Assembly: GCF_006345805.1 (NCBI RefSeq)
Contig: NW_021835212.1
Coordinates: forward strand, 1-54,833
Direction of reading: 5' to 3'
Length of the DNA: 54,833 bases
Source: Octopus sinensis
Lineage: Eukaryota
Both the position numbers and the translations under genes were made by a program. Under the pieces are notes generated by a model. That model had not been told where the DNA came from and made no database searches. It saw only the letters and a list, made by a program, of their open reading frames with translations. Numbering within the stretch: position 1 is the stretch's first letter; each line of letters begins with the position of its first letter. Shown here one piece after another: positions 38,701 through 52,044 of this stretch.

Positions 38701-39638
38701 ATAATCAGTTGTAATATGATAATAAAGGTACGAGGTTTACATTTCAGAGTATTCATGAAATAGCCGTTTACAATATACTATGCCTCTTAGTTCACTTAAA
38801 TACAGAACTACATTTCAAAATAACTTAACAAAAACATGTGGCATTATAGTTTTGAATAGTAGTTTATGTATATATATATATATATATATATACCAACATT
38901 ATTACTATCATATACTTAATGCTTGTGTGTTGTTAAACGCTAATAGCCGTGTTATTTCGTCCTAGAGGGTGAATGTAGTTTAAAGACGTATAGTGTTAAA
39001 TACACATTATATTTCAAAGATGAGCGTAGCGAAATCCCCCGAGTGCTCTAACCATTACGCTAAGCGGCCTCTGGCAACATGCACCATCAATTGGAAAGCT
39101 GAATAATAGCTTTTCGGATATGAGAACATTTTATAAACAAACTTTGGAAACGCCGAATGTGTTTGGTATTTTACAGATAAGAGACTAAATTTCAAACATA
39201 GTAAAGTTGTGAAAACAGCAGAGACAATTGAGGGTAATTGCTGTCAGGGGCCGCATGACAAAAAAAGTGACAACAAAAGAGTGAGGCCTCGATATAAGGT
39301 AAATATATGTGTGTGGATAAGTGTATGAGTGCGTACATGCACATATATGTTTGTGGGTGTGTGTGGACATGTACATATACTTGTTTGTATGAGTGCGTAC
39401 GTATGCAGACGTAATGAACGCAGGAGGTTTTATGTCTATGTATTGTGAGAATATGGTTGCGTGTATTTTTTATCTTTTATATTTTCCTACCAATTAGAGT
39501 AACTTCCCTTTTATTCTATTGCCATTAATTAGACGGACGAGAATGCATTATACAACTTACTGATTGTACTAAGCACTACGTATACATACATACATACATT
39601 ACATACATACATACTCCATATATATATATATAATATAT

Positions 39639-39675
<37 letters not shown>

Positions 39676-40118
39676 GGCTGTATTATGTGTGTGTGTGTGT
39701 GAGTGGATGTGTGTCTATCAAAAGTAAGGCTTTATGAGTCATAGGGTCATAAAGCCTTCCGGCTTTTGTGATCTATATATATTATACACTCTACCCTCTT
39801 TAGGCTTTTGGTCTTGGTCGAAATATTTTTCCTCAGAAAGTACTCCACGTGCCGCAGTGGGCTGACATAAATGTAGTACACGAGGATATTCGTTATAGTC
39901 ATATGTACTTAAAAGAGGCCAATTCATGTTTGCACTGATCCGTGCTAAGCGGTTACTTAACAACGCTAAACCCCTCTAACGGACATGCTACGCTTTGGTT
40001 TTTCTCTGATGATAATGAAACTTCGATTAGGGCCAAAAGTCTAACTAGAGAAATGACAGATGGTTATGTGTAGATCATTCTGATGCCCCAACTCTATGAA
40101 TGATGCACACTAAGTTTC

Positions 40119-40333
40119 GGTACTAGGGCAAAATCTCCACTGGACAAAATTCCCCCCGGACAAAATCCTCCGGTAGTCAAAATCTCCTGGGGCATTGTTG
40201 ATTTTTCTTACAATAAAAGTATTTTACGAAAGTGAAATTTCATAAAAAAATTAAAAATATTTATTAGTTGATATTTTCATGTAAAATTTGTCCGGTGGGG
40301 ATTTTGCCCTCGGTGGGTGTTTATCCTGATACC
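40119..40333. mobile_element. 215-bp non-autonomous DNA transposon with 9-bp TSD (MULE-like)
   Basis: TSD CTAAGTTTC at 40110-40118 and 40334-40342. Ends are GGTA...TACC, with inverted subterminal arrays of GG(A/G)CAAAAT(C)CCC-like repeats. Confidence 0.82.
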
Positions 40334-40384
40334 CTAAGTTTCCCCTCAAATGTGAACGTTTTACGAGTTGTGAGTAACCACAGG

Positions 40385-40520
40385 GTCTTTGAATTTATGC
40401 CGCTGGGTATGTTGAAGGGCTGGAGGCAGTTGCTGATTACTGAATGAACGAAGAGCGCAGTGGAAGATAACACGTGATCCATTTAGACAATTCACTCTGA
40501 TTTGAACCATCCTTCCTCAA
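40385..40520 (-). mobile_element. Possible LINE RT remnant
   Basis: LSKWITCYLPLRSSFIQ then ISNCLQPFNIPSG resembles WI.SFL..R...V....S.P..I.SGVPQG. Confidence 0.35.
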
Positions 40521-40809
40521 TACCATCTTTCCTCTCCTTTTCATCTTTCTTCTAAGATTTAGAAGTGAATACATATAAGTGATGGATCGCTATTCTAAAG
40601 GCAGTACAATACAAAATGTGTTGAGCGATATTTGATTTCTACAGAGAATAAAATTCAACAACTAAATGGAAAAAATAAAAAAGGGAGTCTTTACGCAATC
40701 CCTTGGCACCCAATAGGCTGCTAGACATAATAGCCTAAGAGAAACACAAAAATGAAGACCCATTAGATAATGGAGCCTGTTGTGCATTATTAAAATATAA
40801 AAAAAACTG

Positions 40810-40854
40810 ATTATGATGATGATGATGCTAAATCCCAGCACCAATACTACCACT

Positions 40855-40901
<47 letters not shown>

Positions 40902-41180
40902 TACCGTTATTATCATCATCATCGTTATCTTTAACATCACGACAACCAACACCTTCCACCAGTCCCCTCTACTTTAACATCATCATTATCATCACTACGA
41001 AGAAGAAGAAAAACAAGAAGAAGAAGAGACACAGGAAGAAGAAGAAGAAGAAACACAGGAGGAAGAAGAAGAAGAAGAAGAAGAAGAAGAAGAAGAAGAA
41101 GAAGAAGAAGAAGAAGAAGAAAAAACACAGGAAGAAGAAGAAGAAGAAGGAAAAGAAGAAAAAGAAAGAGGAGGAAGGGA
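40810..41180. repeat. (CAT)n and (GAA)n tracts
   Basis: Directly visible; the GAA tract is interrupted three times by ACACAGG. Confidence 0.95.
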
Positions 41181-41559
41181 GGAGATGTAAGCTAGTATTG
41201 CTATCCACTAACAATGACGAAATACCCGGGATGCTTAATATAACAAAGGGGAAACATGAATCTGAGAAGAAAAAGAATTCAAGATGGCTATGCTAATAGG
41301 AAGAGCCTGTTGTGTTAATAGCTGGCAATATCATTCACGAATTTTTCTTCTTGTAAGAATGAGTGGAGCAAATGTATGGTTGGTTATGTAATCCAGAAGG
41401 AATATTAAGAAAAACTTAAACAAATGTATGTATGTATGTATGGATGGATGGATGTATGTATGTATGGATGGATGTGCGTATCTGTATGTGTATACATGTA
41501 ACTATCTATCTCTAAATGAATGTACATGTATACATAAAAGTTTACCCACACAAACACAT

Positions 41560-41591
<32 letters not shown>

Positions 41592-42284
41592 GTACATGTG
41601 TATGTGTGTGTGTGAATATATATCCGTGCGTGCACGATTGTCTATCTATCTATCTATCTAATCATCTATCTCATCTATCTATCGATCATCTATCTAATAT
41701 ATCTATCTGTCTGTCTGTCTGTCTGTCTGTCTGTTATCATCTTTGTCTCTGATATATATATATATAATAGTAAATATAATCATATATATACATATATATG
41801 ATTATATATATATATATGTATATATTATATATATATATATAGATAGATATATAGATATATGCAAGCTTACACACACATATACACACACACATACACACAC
41901 TCAAACACACACATATATATATACACATACACATATATACATCTACATAATTTGTGAAGTTGGAAATACTTCGGGATTTACTCAGTGGCCGTGAGCTTCA
42001 TGTGTAACATTCTTCAAATTAAACTTAACATTTCCTGGGAGTTCTATTTATAATTTGGACACAAAAATCGATAGAATATTCTGGAGAAAAAGGAAAAGGT
42101 AAAAAAAAAAGGAGTTAATGTCACGTGATGACAGTACATACATTTAAAATGTCAGAAATAAGATCGGTACATGGGGAATGAGAGGAGGAATGGCGTAGCA
42201 ATAAGTGCGAATAAACAAGCATAAATGTTTAAGTTCATAGTTATACACATAGACAAACATACACAAAGATACACACAAATACAC

Positions 42285-42327
<43 letters not shown>

Positions 42328-43018
42328 GCACACACACACACACACACACATATATTCAAAATATAGTCACAAACACACATACAGATATGTAGACACAGAA
42401 TGTATGTGTGTGTATATATATATATATATATATAAATATATGTATATGCGCATGCGTGCGTAAATAGATATATAGTGTGTTGGTACACACAAGCTCATAA
42501 CAAATTAACAAAACAACAATTGCTGCACGTAATATTATGCGTGTGTGTGTTTGCACGTGTGTGTGTGCATATATATATATATATGAAATATATATCGCAA
42601 ATTTATATAATTTAAAGTAAACATATTTACATTACATATAAATTATATGATCTTTATATTTATATATATTTAAAATTATATATAAACTATATGCATAGCA
42701 GTTTTATTTATTAGATTTGGAGCAAAAGAAAACGTGGAACATATATATATATATATATGCTATTCTAAACAGCATGACGCAAATATCGACATTTCATATA
42801 AGTGAACTTCACACATGCACTAGAATGGGCGCCCGCGCGCACACGCACACACCATCATGTGTATGCATATATAATGCACATACGTGTATATATACATCTA
42901 TAAGAAACTCGCACACCTCTGTATATGTACACACCTGCCTGTATATTTAAGTATATATATATGCATATATCTATCTATCTGTCTGTCTATAGCTATATGT
43001 ATATATATATACATATAA

Positions 43019-43063
<45 letters not shown>

Positions 43064-43257
43064 CTGTGGTTCAAACTGCTGAGTTTAAATCGATAGCCTG
43101 TGAAATCGATTTCCAAACTGGCTTGTGTGTTTTCTTTGATCAACGCATTCCTTTTCCCGTTCCCCAGTACTTTCAGATGAAAATGGACACCTAGAAAGCT
43201 GGGGCACACTCTTACGACGGACAGATGGATCGGTCATTAATTATACAATACCCCAGT

Positions 43258-43612
43258 CACTTCTTTTTACGGTTGGTCAGGCAAATCACTGTGTTGCTGC
43301 TTAGCAGGTCATGTGTTGCCCATGTCTTCAGTAGTAGATGTCCATTGCTGTTGCTCTTGCTAACTACGTTCCTCGCAATGACCACCCCCACCATTTCTGG
43401 CAGTCTGCACCAACTCTAACATTGAAGTCGTCGAGAACGACGATCTTCTACTTAGGTACAGTTGCTACAAGGGCTTCCAAGTCTTCATGAAACTTGTCTT
43501 TGACCTCCTCAGGGCTAATCATAGTGGTGGTGTAGGCACTGGTAATTGTGGCATGGTGATTTCTTCTAAGAGGAAGTCGCAGAAACATCAATCGGTCATT
43601 CAGTCCTTCGGG
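43258..43612 (-). mobile_element. RTE (BovB-like) LINE, AP-endonuclease fragment, inverted relative to the adjoining RT part
   Basis: [60 protein letters not shown]. Confidence 0.88.
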
Positions 43613-44871
43613 GAAGGTCATGGAAAAGTTCGGGTACGCAGACAAACTCATCAGCATGGTGCGTTAGTTTGATGATGGCATGCTTGCTCTGATGTTGGAC
43701 AGTGGAGATTCTTCCGACACATTCCCAGTTACTAACGAGACTGTGTACTCGCGCCTACGCTGTTCAGCATGATGTTCTCAGACACGCTGACGGATGCCTT
43801 CTGCAACATCGGTTAAACGGGCGTCAAGATCAAATTGAGGACCGATAGCAGTCTACTCAACCTTCAGAGACTACAGACCAAAAACCAAGGTGAAAGAGGA
43901 CTCAGTGCATGACTTTCTGTTTGCACTCGATTGCGCACATAACGCCACAACAAAAGCTCAGACACAGCAGAACAAGAACTACTTTTCCACTGCCTGCAAC
44001 AATTTTGGCCAAACAATCAATACTCAAAAGAATGAGGTCATGCACTCACTTGCCTCGCAGAAGCAGTATGTGGAACTAACTATCACTGTCAAAAGGAAAA
44101 CTTCGAATGTTGTTCATAAGTTCACGTGCGTCGGTAGCACGCTTTCCAAACCGGAGAACATTGATGATGAAGCCGACACATGCATTGCAAAGGGAAGGTC
44201 AGCATTTGAGTAGCTACATGAATAAATATGGAGAGGAAAGGCATTAGGCTGGCCACCAAGTTGAAGGTGTACCAAGAGGTTGTACTCCCTACACTACTGT
44301 ATGCCTGCGAGACTTGGACGGTTTACGAACGCCACGCCAAACGGCTAAACCGCTTCCACATGAACTATATGAGAAAGCTGTTGAAAACCACCTTAAAAGA
44401 CGAGGTCTCAGACACAAAGGTCCTCTTCCGAATTAAGGAGAGCGCAGGTCAGGTAGGCAGGGCAAGAGTTTTCGAAAACCTGACACACGATTCTTCCAAA
44501 GACTGTATTACAACGAACTGGTAGAAGGAAAGCACAAAGTGGACAGAAAAAAAACTGCTTCAAGGATTCACTCAAAGTCTCACCGAAGTGCTTTCAGGTC
44601 AACCCAAACACCTGGGAAACGTAAGGACAGGACTGCCCTGCCCGGCGTAGCTGCACCATCAGCGGTGTCACATCCTATGAACAGAACAGAATCGCAGGAT
44701 CACAATGAAAACGCAAGCTGCGCAAGCCCAGAGCCAATTCCTTGCCTGCATTCCCAACGGGCCACCAGTACCCAAGCTGCAGTAGCGCCTTCCGAGCACG
44801 CATCCGGACGCACCATCACCCATCATCTCTCACGTGATGTCCTTTGATATCGTCAACAATGATGGACGAAC

Positions 44872-44933
<62 letters not shown>

Positions 44934-44953
44934 TATTATTATTAATATTATTA
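43613..44953 (+). mobile_element. RTE (BovB-like) LINE, RT to 3' end with (TTA)n tail
   Basis: KVMEKFG..KLISMVR.F.DGM, FPVTN, LFSMMFS, VHDFLFA..CA, TYVGSTLS-like segment, TKLKVYQEVVLPTLLYACETWTVY. 3' end CAATGATGGACGAAC, then (TTA)n at 44873-44953. Confidence 0.92.
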
Positions 44954-44956
44954 TGC

Positions 44957-45175
44957 AAGGCGGCTGGCTGGTAAAATCGTTAGCACGCCGGGCGAAATGC
45001 TAAGCGGCATTTCGTCTGTCTTTATGTTCTGATTTCAAATTCCACCGAGGTCGACTTTGCCTATTATCCTTTCGGGGTTGTTAGATTAAATACCAGTTGC
45101 GTACTGGTGTCGATCTAATCGACTGGCCCCCACCTCCCCACAAATTTCAGGCCTTGTGCCTATAGCAGAAAGGAT
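44957..45175 (+). mobile_element. SINE family B
   Basis: AAGGCGGCTGGCTGG head, CGAGGTCGACTTTGCC core, GGCCTTGTGCC tail. Confidence 0.88.
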
Positions 45176-45387
45176 TATTTTTATTATTACGTATGTGACC
45201 GTGTACATACGTGAGTGTGTATGTATGTGTGAAGAATATGCGATGGCTAGTCGCCCAGTTAGCATATCAGAACGAAAAAATACCTTGTCCAAATGACGCC
45301 TCTTTGAGCTTTTATGGTTTTAGCAACTCGTCTCTTAAGAAACTCATAAAATGTGTAGAAAGCAAATATACAGAGTTCGATATAAAA

Positions 45388-45638
45388 CAGTGATTCCGAA
45401 AGTGGAAAGATCCAGGGTGGGGTCATTTAAGAAATGTAGGGCGATAATGAGGTGGCCAAAAGGGGGCGATGGATGTATAAACAGCAAAATAATGGGTTAA
45501 TTATGTTAAGCTTTACGTTAATTATGGCTTACTTACGTATCATTAATTACGGCTGTTTTGAATTTGCTATGTTTGTGGTGGTGAGTATGCGGAGGAATGT
45601 CAAGGGGGCGGCAACCCGTAAAAGTTTGGGAACCACTG
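45388..45638. mobile_element. 251-bp hAT/Charlie-like MITE
   Basis: Ends CAGTGATTCCGAAAGT / AGTTTGGGAACCACTG. The 8-bp flanks ATATAAAA and GTCTAAAG both fit the NTNTAAAN target. Confidence 0.72.
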
Positions 45639-45699
45639 GTCTAAAGCATTTAAAGACGATACTCCAGAATGGAATCAATGAAAGAACAAGGAAACAATG

Positions 45700-45787
45700 C
45701 ATCGTAATTAACATCCTCATCCTCCTCATCATTATTATCATCATCATCATCCTCATCATTATTATCATCCTCCTCCTCCTCATCATT

Positions 45788-45828
<41 letters not shown>

Positions 45829-46147
45829 ATCATCATCATCATCGTCATCATCATCCTCATCATGATCATCATGATCATCATGATCCTGATCATCATCATC
45901 ATCATCGTCGTCGGCGTCGTCGTCGTCGTCTCCATCATCAATGTGTTTTGCTTCAGTTTTTCCATAGGTGTATGGGTTAGGCGACTTTTCTGGTGTAGCG
46001 TTTTGCAACTGGGTGCTTCTTTCTGTCACTGATACATTTAATCACTTCTTACGCCACGCAGAGACACAGTACATCTATTCTAAAATCGGCATAAACACAG
46101 CAATTTAATCGTATATATGTATATATTTATTTGTATGTATAATAATG

Positions 46148-46235
<88 letters not shown>

Positions 46236-46872
46236 CAACAACAATAACAATAATTTATGCTTAAACATCACCATACACCCATTGACAAAATGATGTATCC
46301 AGAAATATAAGGATTCAGAACTGAAATTAGAACAAGTTATTAAATAGAAGCTAAAATTGAATAACTTTAAAATTGAAAATAAATAAGAAGAAAACAACAA
46401 CAACAACAACAAATATACACAAAAGTATAAATTTCTTCGGAATAAAATCGAATGAAAACCGATCCTCATATTAACAGCTTTCTATATGCGTATTTGGTTT
46501 TGTTATACATATATGTATGCTTGCATACAAACATACATACATACATACATGCATACATACACACATATATATATATATGTGTGTGTGTGTATATATATGT
46601 ATGTATATATAAATATATATATATACGCACATGTAAATATGTTTGTATATGTTTGTGTTTGTGCTTGTACGCATGTATGTGTAGTTATATATTTTATGTA
46701 TATATGTATGTATATATGTATATATATGTATCTACACAACAAGCATTTTCTATGTATATACATTCATTAAATAGACTCACTTGCGTTGAATAAATTCTCT
46801 TTCACTTGTACTATATATACATACATACATACATACATACATACATACATACATACATACATACATACATTC

Positions 46873-46903
<31 letters not shown>

Positions 46904-47039
46904 AGTTAGTTTAGTGTTTGTCTATACATACATTCACATATAAATATGCATACACACGCATGCTTATTTATAAATATAATTACAAATTTATATACCTTTA
47001 TACACATATACTTATCTATAATACATGCATATACAGATA

Positions 47040-47086
<47 letters not shown>

Positions 47087-47474
47087 TATATATATTATAT
47101 ATATATATATATTATATATATATATGCATATATATATATATGCACCTATATATGTATGTATATATATTTATATATGTATGTATGTGTGTATATATGAATG
47201 TGTACAAAAGTTATAGATGTATAACATACACAATAACTTAAGCATTGCTTTCATATGTTCTACTTTAACTATTCTCAACGCAAATACACATTCTATTTTA
47301 GTTTCTATTGAACATTTTATTTATTTTCTATGTTATTAACGAAAGAAAAATTAAAATATAGCGGAGTATATTTATTCAATATTAAAACTGACGCCATTTT
47401 CTTGTACAATTGTGTTTCTTGTACTTTATATAGTTAAGGAAAAATAACTTATTTTGAAGGTTTTTAACATTTTG

Positions 47475-47516
<42 letters not shown>

Positions 47517-47560
47517 TTATTATTATTATTATTATTATTAATAATAATAATAATAATAAT
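45700..47560. repeat. Microsatellite-rich block: (CAT)n/(CCT)n, (AAT)n, (TA)n, (TACA)n, (ATT)n(AAT)n
   Basis: Directly visible. Confidence 0.93.
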
Positions 47561-47589
47561 AGTAATAGTAACTATTATTATTATATGAA

Positions 47590-48604
47590 AACTCACAGCT
47601 TATTTTTGCTGGGTATAATGGAATGTGTCAGCTGTCCACAGCCAGCAGACTAAGATGAAACTTGTTTACTTGTCATGTTTCAAGAACCCTGCGAAGAATT
47701 CTTGCAGTTCCAAGCAATGCTGATGTTTGCGGCTGTTCTTACCTTCACACTTGCACCGATCTTTTTCAGCCATGTTGGCAGCTAAGTGCGCCAATTACTA
47801 ATGGTGTCACATTTACTCTCTTCATTGACTACAACCTTCATATTTCCCACTTCGAATCGTCATACTTCTTTATTTTTTTCTTCTTCTTTCACATTGATCC
47901 TGTTGTTAGGTTTTCGATGTCTGGTCGGCTGATCGCACTAGATCACTGCATCCTACTGAATTTTGCAATTTCTCATTTCCAGTGACTCCCTCCGGAGTTT
48001 GCTCATGCCACCTCTCTGCTCTTTATAGGCCGTGATTTCCACAGAGCTCCCAATGGATCGCTTTTGGCACATTGTCATATTGTCTTATGTCTTCGCGTTG
48101 TGCCAATTTCGGAATTCGCTAACGATGTGCCATATCGTTTCACGCCTCCCATCACACATTCTGCATTTGTCGCTATCGGTAGTGTAGTCTATTCTGCGCG
48201 TCATATAGTTGGTCCTTAATGCTTGTTCCTGAGCTGCGCAAATGAACGCTTTTGTCTCAATCTTCAGGTCACTCCTCATCCGTAGCCACTGGTCCTCTGT
48301 GTCTGTCTTAGCTTTCACATCTCTTGCAAACTGCCCTTACATTTTCTTTTTATTCTACGTTTTTTCTGTTTTCTTTTGCTCAATTCTTGTTTAATATTTT
48401 CTTTAGTTACATAATTTTCCATGTGGATGACGCCGGTCTTCTTCGTGTGTTTCAAGAATGGTTCCACGGCATTTTTTATATACTACCCTAGGCTCTTTTC
48501 CTCTGTATTTCGATACAGTCCTGGCAACTGATTAAACCTCTCCTACGCTTTCTTCTGGACAAGTACAGCGCATCTGCGTCACTCTTTGGGTGGAAGGCTC
48601 CGTG
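47590..48604 (-). mobile_element. R4/Dong-like LINE, 5'-truncated, copy 1 (post-RT, CCHC, REL endonuclease, 3' UTR)
   Basis: HGAFHPKSDADALYLSR..RGLISC, QWLR..DLKIETKAFICAAQEQALRTNY..KCRMC..RETIWHIVSE, SALLGTARILRRVLE. Confidence 0.88.
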
Positions 48605-48653
<49 letters not shown>

Positions 48654-48655
<2 letters not shown>

Positions 48656-49087
48656 CGTATCTGTCAAGACCTACCAAAAACTGAGCAAATATAAAGATCT
48701 TGAAATAGAAATCAGCAAAATGTGGAAGCTGAAGACTAAAACAATACCTGTTGTCATAGGTGCCCTGGGAATGATAGCGAAAGGGACGGATTGCTACCTA
48801 ACTCAGATACCAGGAAACCCCAAAATGGCAGAAATTCAAAAGATAGTGCTTATGGGAACTGCTCATATCCTACGCAAAATACTCTCTATGTAATCCCAAG
48901 GTTTAATACAAACTTTTTTTTTTAATGTATTAGACATTCACTAGTACAACACCCCAACCCCCCAACAACAAATATTTGGCACAGAACTTCCAACCTGTTG
49001 TCTCTTGAGGTCTCTGGGTGAGACTTGGAGCCAACTTGTACAGACATAAAGCAAAAGTCAAACATAGAATAATAATAATAATAATAA
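48654..49087 (+). mobile_element. R4/Dong-like LINE, short 5'-truncated copy 2 flanked by (AAT)n on both sides
   Basis: Open frame 48654-48893: NVSVKTYQKLSKYKDLEIEISKMWKLKTKTIPVVIGALGMI...IQKIVLMGTAHILRKILSM*. 3' UTR, then an (AAT)n tail at 49068-49087; (AAT)n at 48607-48653 upstream. Confidence 0.9.
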
Positions 49088-49504
49088 TTGCTCTTATTAA
49101 TATTATCTTGGTATAAAAGATGGGCTACAGCAAATATTCTGCTCAATACCACAGATTTGCTTGTCAGTTGTGTGACCTTAACTAGTTGACCATGTCTCTT
49201 CGTGGCTGACGATATTTGCATCTCTGATCACGAGCAGAAGTAGTGGGACAGCATCATAGCCATGTGTTGAGAGGAATTCTTGGAGGTTTGGATAATTCAC
49301 CTTTGGAAACATGGGTGGATCGTTCAACATCCTTAAACAATCCTTAATCAGAGACCTTTTGAGCGGGATGGGCCCCACCTGAAAGGTCATGAGCTGTTTA
49401 TTTTGATATGAGATCACCATGTCGCGCAAATCTGGTTGTGATGCATGTGCCTGGTGTACCCATATCAGACGGATTGTCATGATGGGTATACTGGGCTTCG
49501 TATA

Positions 49505-50465
49505 TTATACCCCTATTTGCTATAGGTTATTTTCCGTATTTCTGCTATCTTGAGAGCCTTTTCTGATGTACCCCTGTGCCATCGGTATAATGTGCAGTAG
49601 ATGTAAGTTCCAACTTTGTCATATCTGTGGATGTATTCTTTTCTGTCTAAAACTGTGAACCTAGAGACCAAGTGGTTAATCCGATTCAGCACCTTCTCCA
49701 CGTATTCTGCAGTTACTGTATTCTGTTTCATTAAGCGCTTTTCATAGTTTCTTATGGGAGAGTTTTGCTCCTGTAAAGCTATAAAAAACACATCAGGGAC
49801 TGTTTCGAGACCCGTATTTAAGGAATTCTCTATGTCAATTTCCATTTGGATCAGCTTTTTACAGCAGTTATCATGTAATGGCTTTTCTTGTAATCGCTTC
49901 GTCATAGCATTCCGTAGTCCCAATTTTAATTTAGAATTGAGATGTTTCACAATTTTTGTCATCTACATTTTCTACATTTCTTTATAGCTTTCTTCTACAT
50001 TTTATTTATAGCTATCTGTCACTTCAGCTTCTGTTTTGTAATTTTTCCTTCAAGGCAGAGAAGAGTTCTTTGTTTTGTTCATATCTTCGTAGCTATTTGT
50101 ATTAATTTTCATGGTTCTGTACTAGATATTATCATAGTCCTTTGTGGTTTCCTGGTTCTATAAGATTAAATTCTCTCCCACAGTGTCATCGTAGTAAATA
50201 AGGTGTTTCAATGTCAGATTTTAGGTGATGTTATCAAAATGCAGCCATTATTTTGCTTGCCTTTGCATTTCAGTTGAGAATATTAACACTTTAACTTATT
50301 ACTGGGGCAGTTAAATTATTCATTCCATTACCTTAGTTTTCGTATATAGTTCTGTTTTAAGTTGTAATCTAATGTGTCTATAATATTGCTTCCGAATCTT
50401 TTTTGTCATTTGTGCGTGTTATATGCTGTCTAATTCATGGATTCCTAAGTATTTGTATGTATGTG
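49505..50465 (-). mobile_element. R4/Dong-like LINE fragment, copy 3
   Basis: TYKYLGIHELD..MTKKIRKQYYR..LKTEL, QEKPLHD, FFIALQEQNSPIRNY, EYIHRYDKVGTYI. Confidence 0.85.
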
Positions 50466-50684
50466 TGGCTGAGTGGCTGAAATCCACTCCAACAGGGGTA
50501 TCAGAATCCAAATAAATAACATGGAAGCAAATATTCAGGAAACATATTAGAAATAAAAGAAACATCTCAAATTTCGATAAAATCAATAATAATAATAGAA
50601 CACGCCAAACAACAACAACAACAACAACAACAACAGCGTAATATGACAAACGTTATGTAGCTGAAATCAAAGAATTACTAAGAG

Positions 50685-50875
50685 TAGTGGTTAGGTTGTT
50701 GCATGCACGATCGTGGGTTCGATTTCGGGATTGGGTGGTACGTTTTGCTTCATTTCACGTTACTCTGTGCTCACCTCGACGTCCGACGTGTGGTACACTG
50801 TGCACCTGCACAGGTAATGGCGATTTGATGGAGAGAGTCACCAGGTGTGCAGCACAAACATTTGATCACAGAAAA
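50685..50875 (+). mobile_element. SINE family C (degenerate)
   Basis: TAGTGGTTAGG..GGGTTCGATTTC head; ACTGTGCACCTGCACAGGTAA shared with 961-1170. Confidence 0.55.
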
Positions 50876-50880
50876 CAAAC

Positions 50881-51245
50881 AGGCGCAGGAGTGGCTGTGT
50901 GGTAAGTAGCTTGTTTGCCAACCACATGGTTCCGGGTTCAGTCCCACTGCGTGGCACCTTGGGCAAGTGTCTTCTATTAGAGCCTCGGGCCGACCAAAGC
51001 CTTGTGAGTGGATTTGGCAGACGGAATCTGAAAGAAGCCCGTCGTATATACGTATATATATATATATATGTGTGTGCGTGTATGTTTGTGTGTCTGTGTT
51101 TGTCCCCCTAGCATTGCTTGACAACCGATGGTGGTGTGTTTATGTCCTCGTTACGTGGCGGTTCGGCAAAAGAGACCGATAGAATAAGTACTGGGCTTAC
51201 AAAAGAATAAGTCCCGGGGTCGAGTTGCTCGATTAAAGGCGGTGT
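50881..51245 (+). mobile_element. SINE family A (3' tip missing)
   Basis: Near-identical to 10417-10760. Confidence 0.92.
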
Positions 51246-51467
51246 GTGAAAGAGGAAAACGCTTTTGTAGATACTAAGACAACGATATATTGTTGTTGGT
51301 CAATTCCTGGTGCAACACATGTCCAGAGTTTTAGATAAAACTGACGTAACGCGAAGGATCATTATTCGTTTTGATATCTTTGTCAGTGACCGTGGTGGAC
51401 TGGTCCTGTCGTAAACTACAAATGAGGATTTCGGATTCGGCAACTCCTTGCTGAAAGACCTGCATAT

Positions 51468-51887
51468 ACTCTTTTACTCTTTTACTTGTTTCAGTTATTT
51501 GACTGCGGCCATGCTGGAGCACCTCCTGTAGTCGAGAAAATCGACCCCAGGACTTATTCTTTGAAAGCCTAGTACTTATTGTATCGTTCTCTTTTGCCGA
51601 ACCGCTAAGTTACGGGGACGTAAACACACCAACATCAGTTGTCAAGCGAAGTTGGGGGGGGGGAGACAAACACAGACACACAAACACACACACACACATA
51701 TATATACATATACATATATACGACGAGCTTCTTTCAGTTTCCGCCTACCAAATCCACTCACAAGGTTTTGGTCGGCCCGAGGCTATAGTAGAAGACACTT
51801 GCCCAAGGTGCCACGCAGTAGGACTGAACCCGGAACAATGTGGCTGGTAAGCAAGCTACTTACCACACCGCAGCCACTCCTGCGCCT
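51468..51887 (-). mobile_element. SINE family A, full length
   Basis: Reverse complement of the family A consensus from head to tail. Confidence 0.92.
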
Positions 51888-52044
51888 ATATTATTTGCAT
51901 ATATTACTTTATGTGGTGTCGATCATTTCAGCCCCTGCTGCATTGTGTGTTCAGCGGATGTGTTGTTTGTACGAGTAATATGCTTGTCTGTACGTATGCA
52001 TCTTTTATATAAAAGTATGTACGTATGTGACTGCATACATCATG

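Noticed and set aside
40006-40028. CTGATGA-TAAT-GAAAC-TTCG-ATT as a minimal hammerhead
   Set aside because: No stem II pairing, a C-A mismatch in stem III, and no convincing stem I; single copy.
45510-45590. Exon-like segment ending in a strong GTGAGT donor
   Set aside because: It lies inside the hAT-like MITE 45388-45638.
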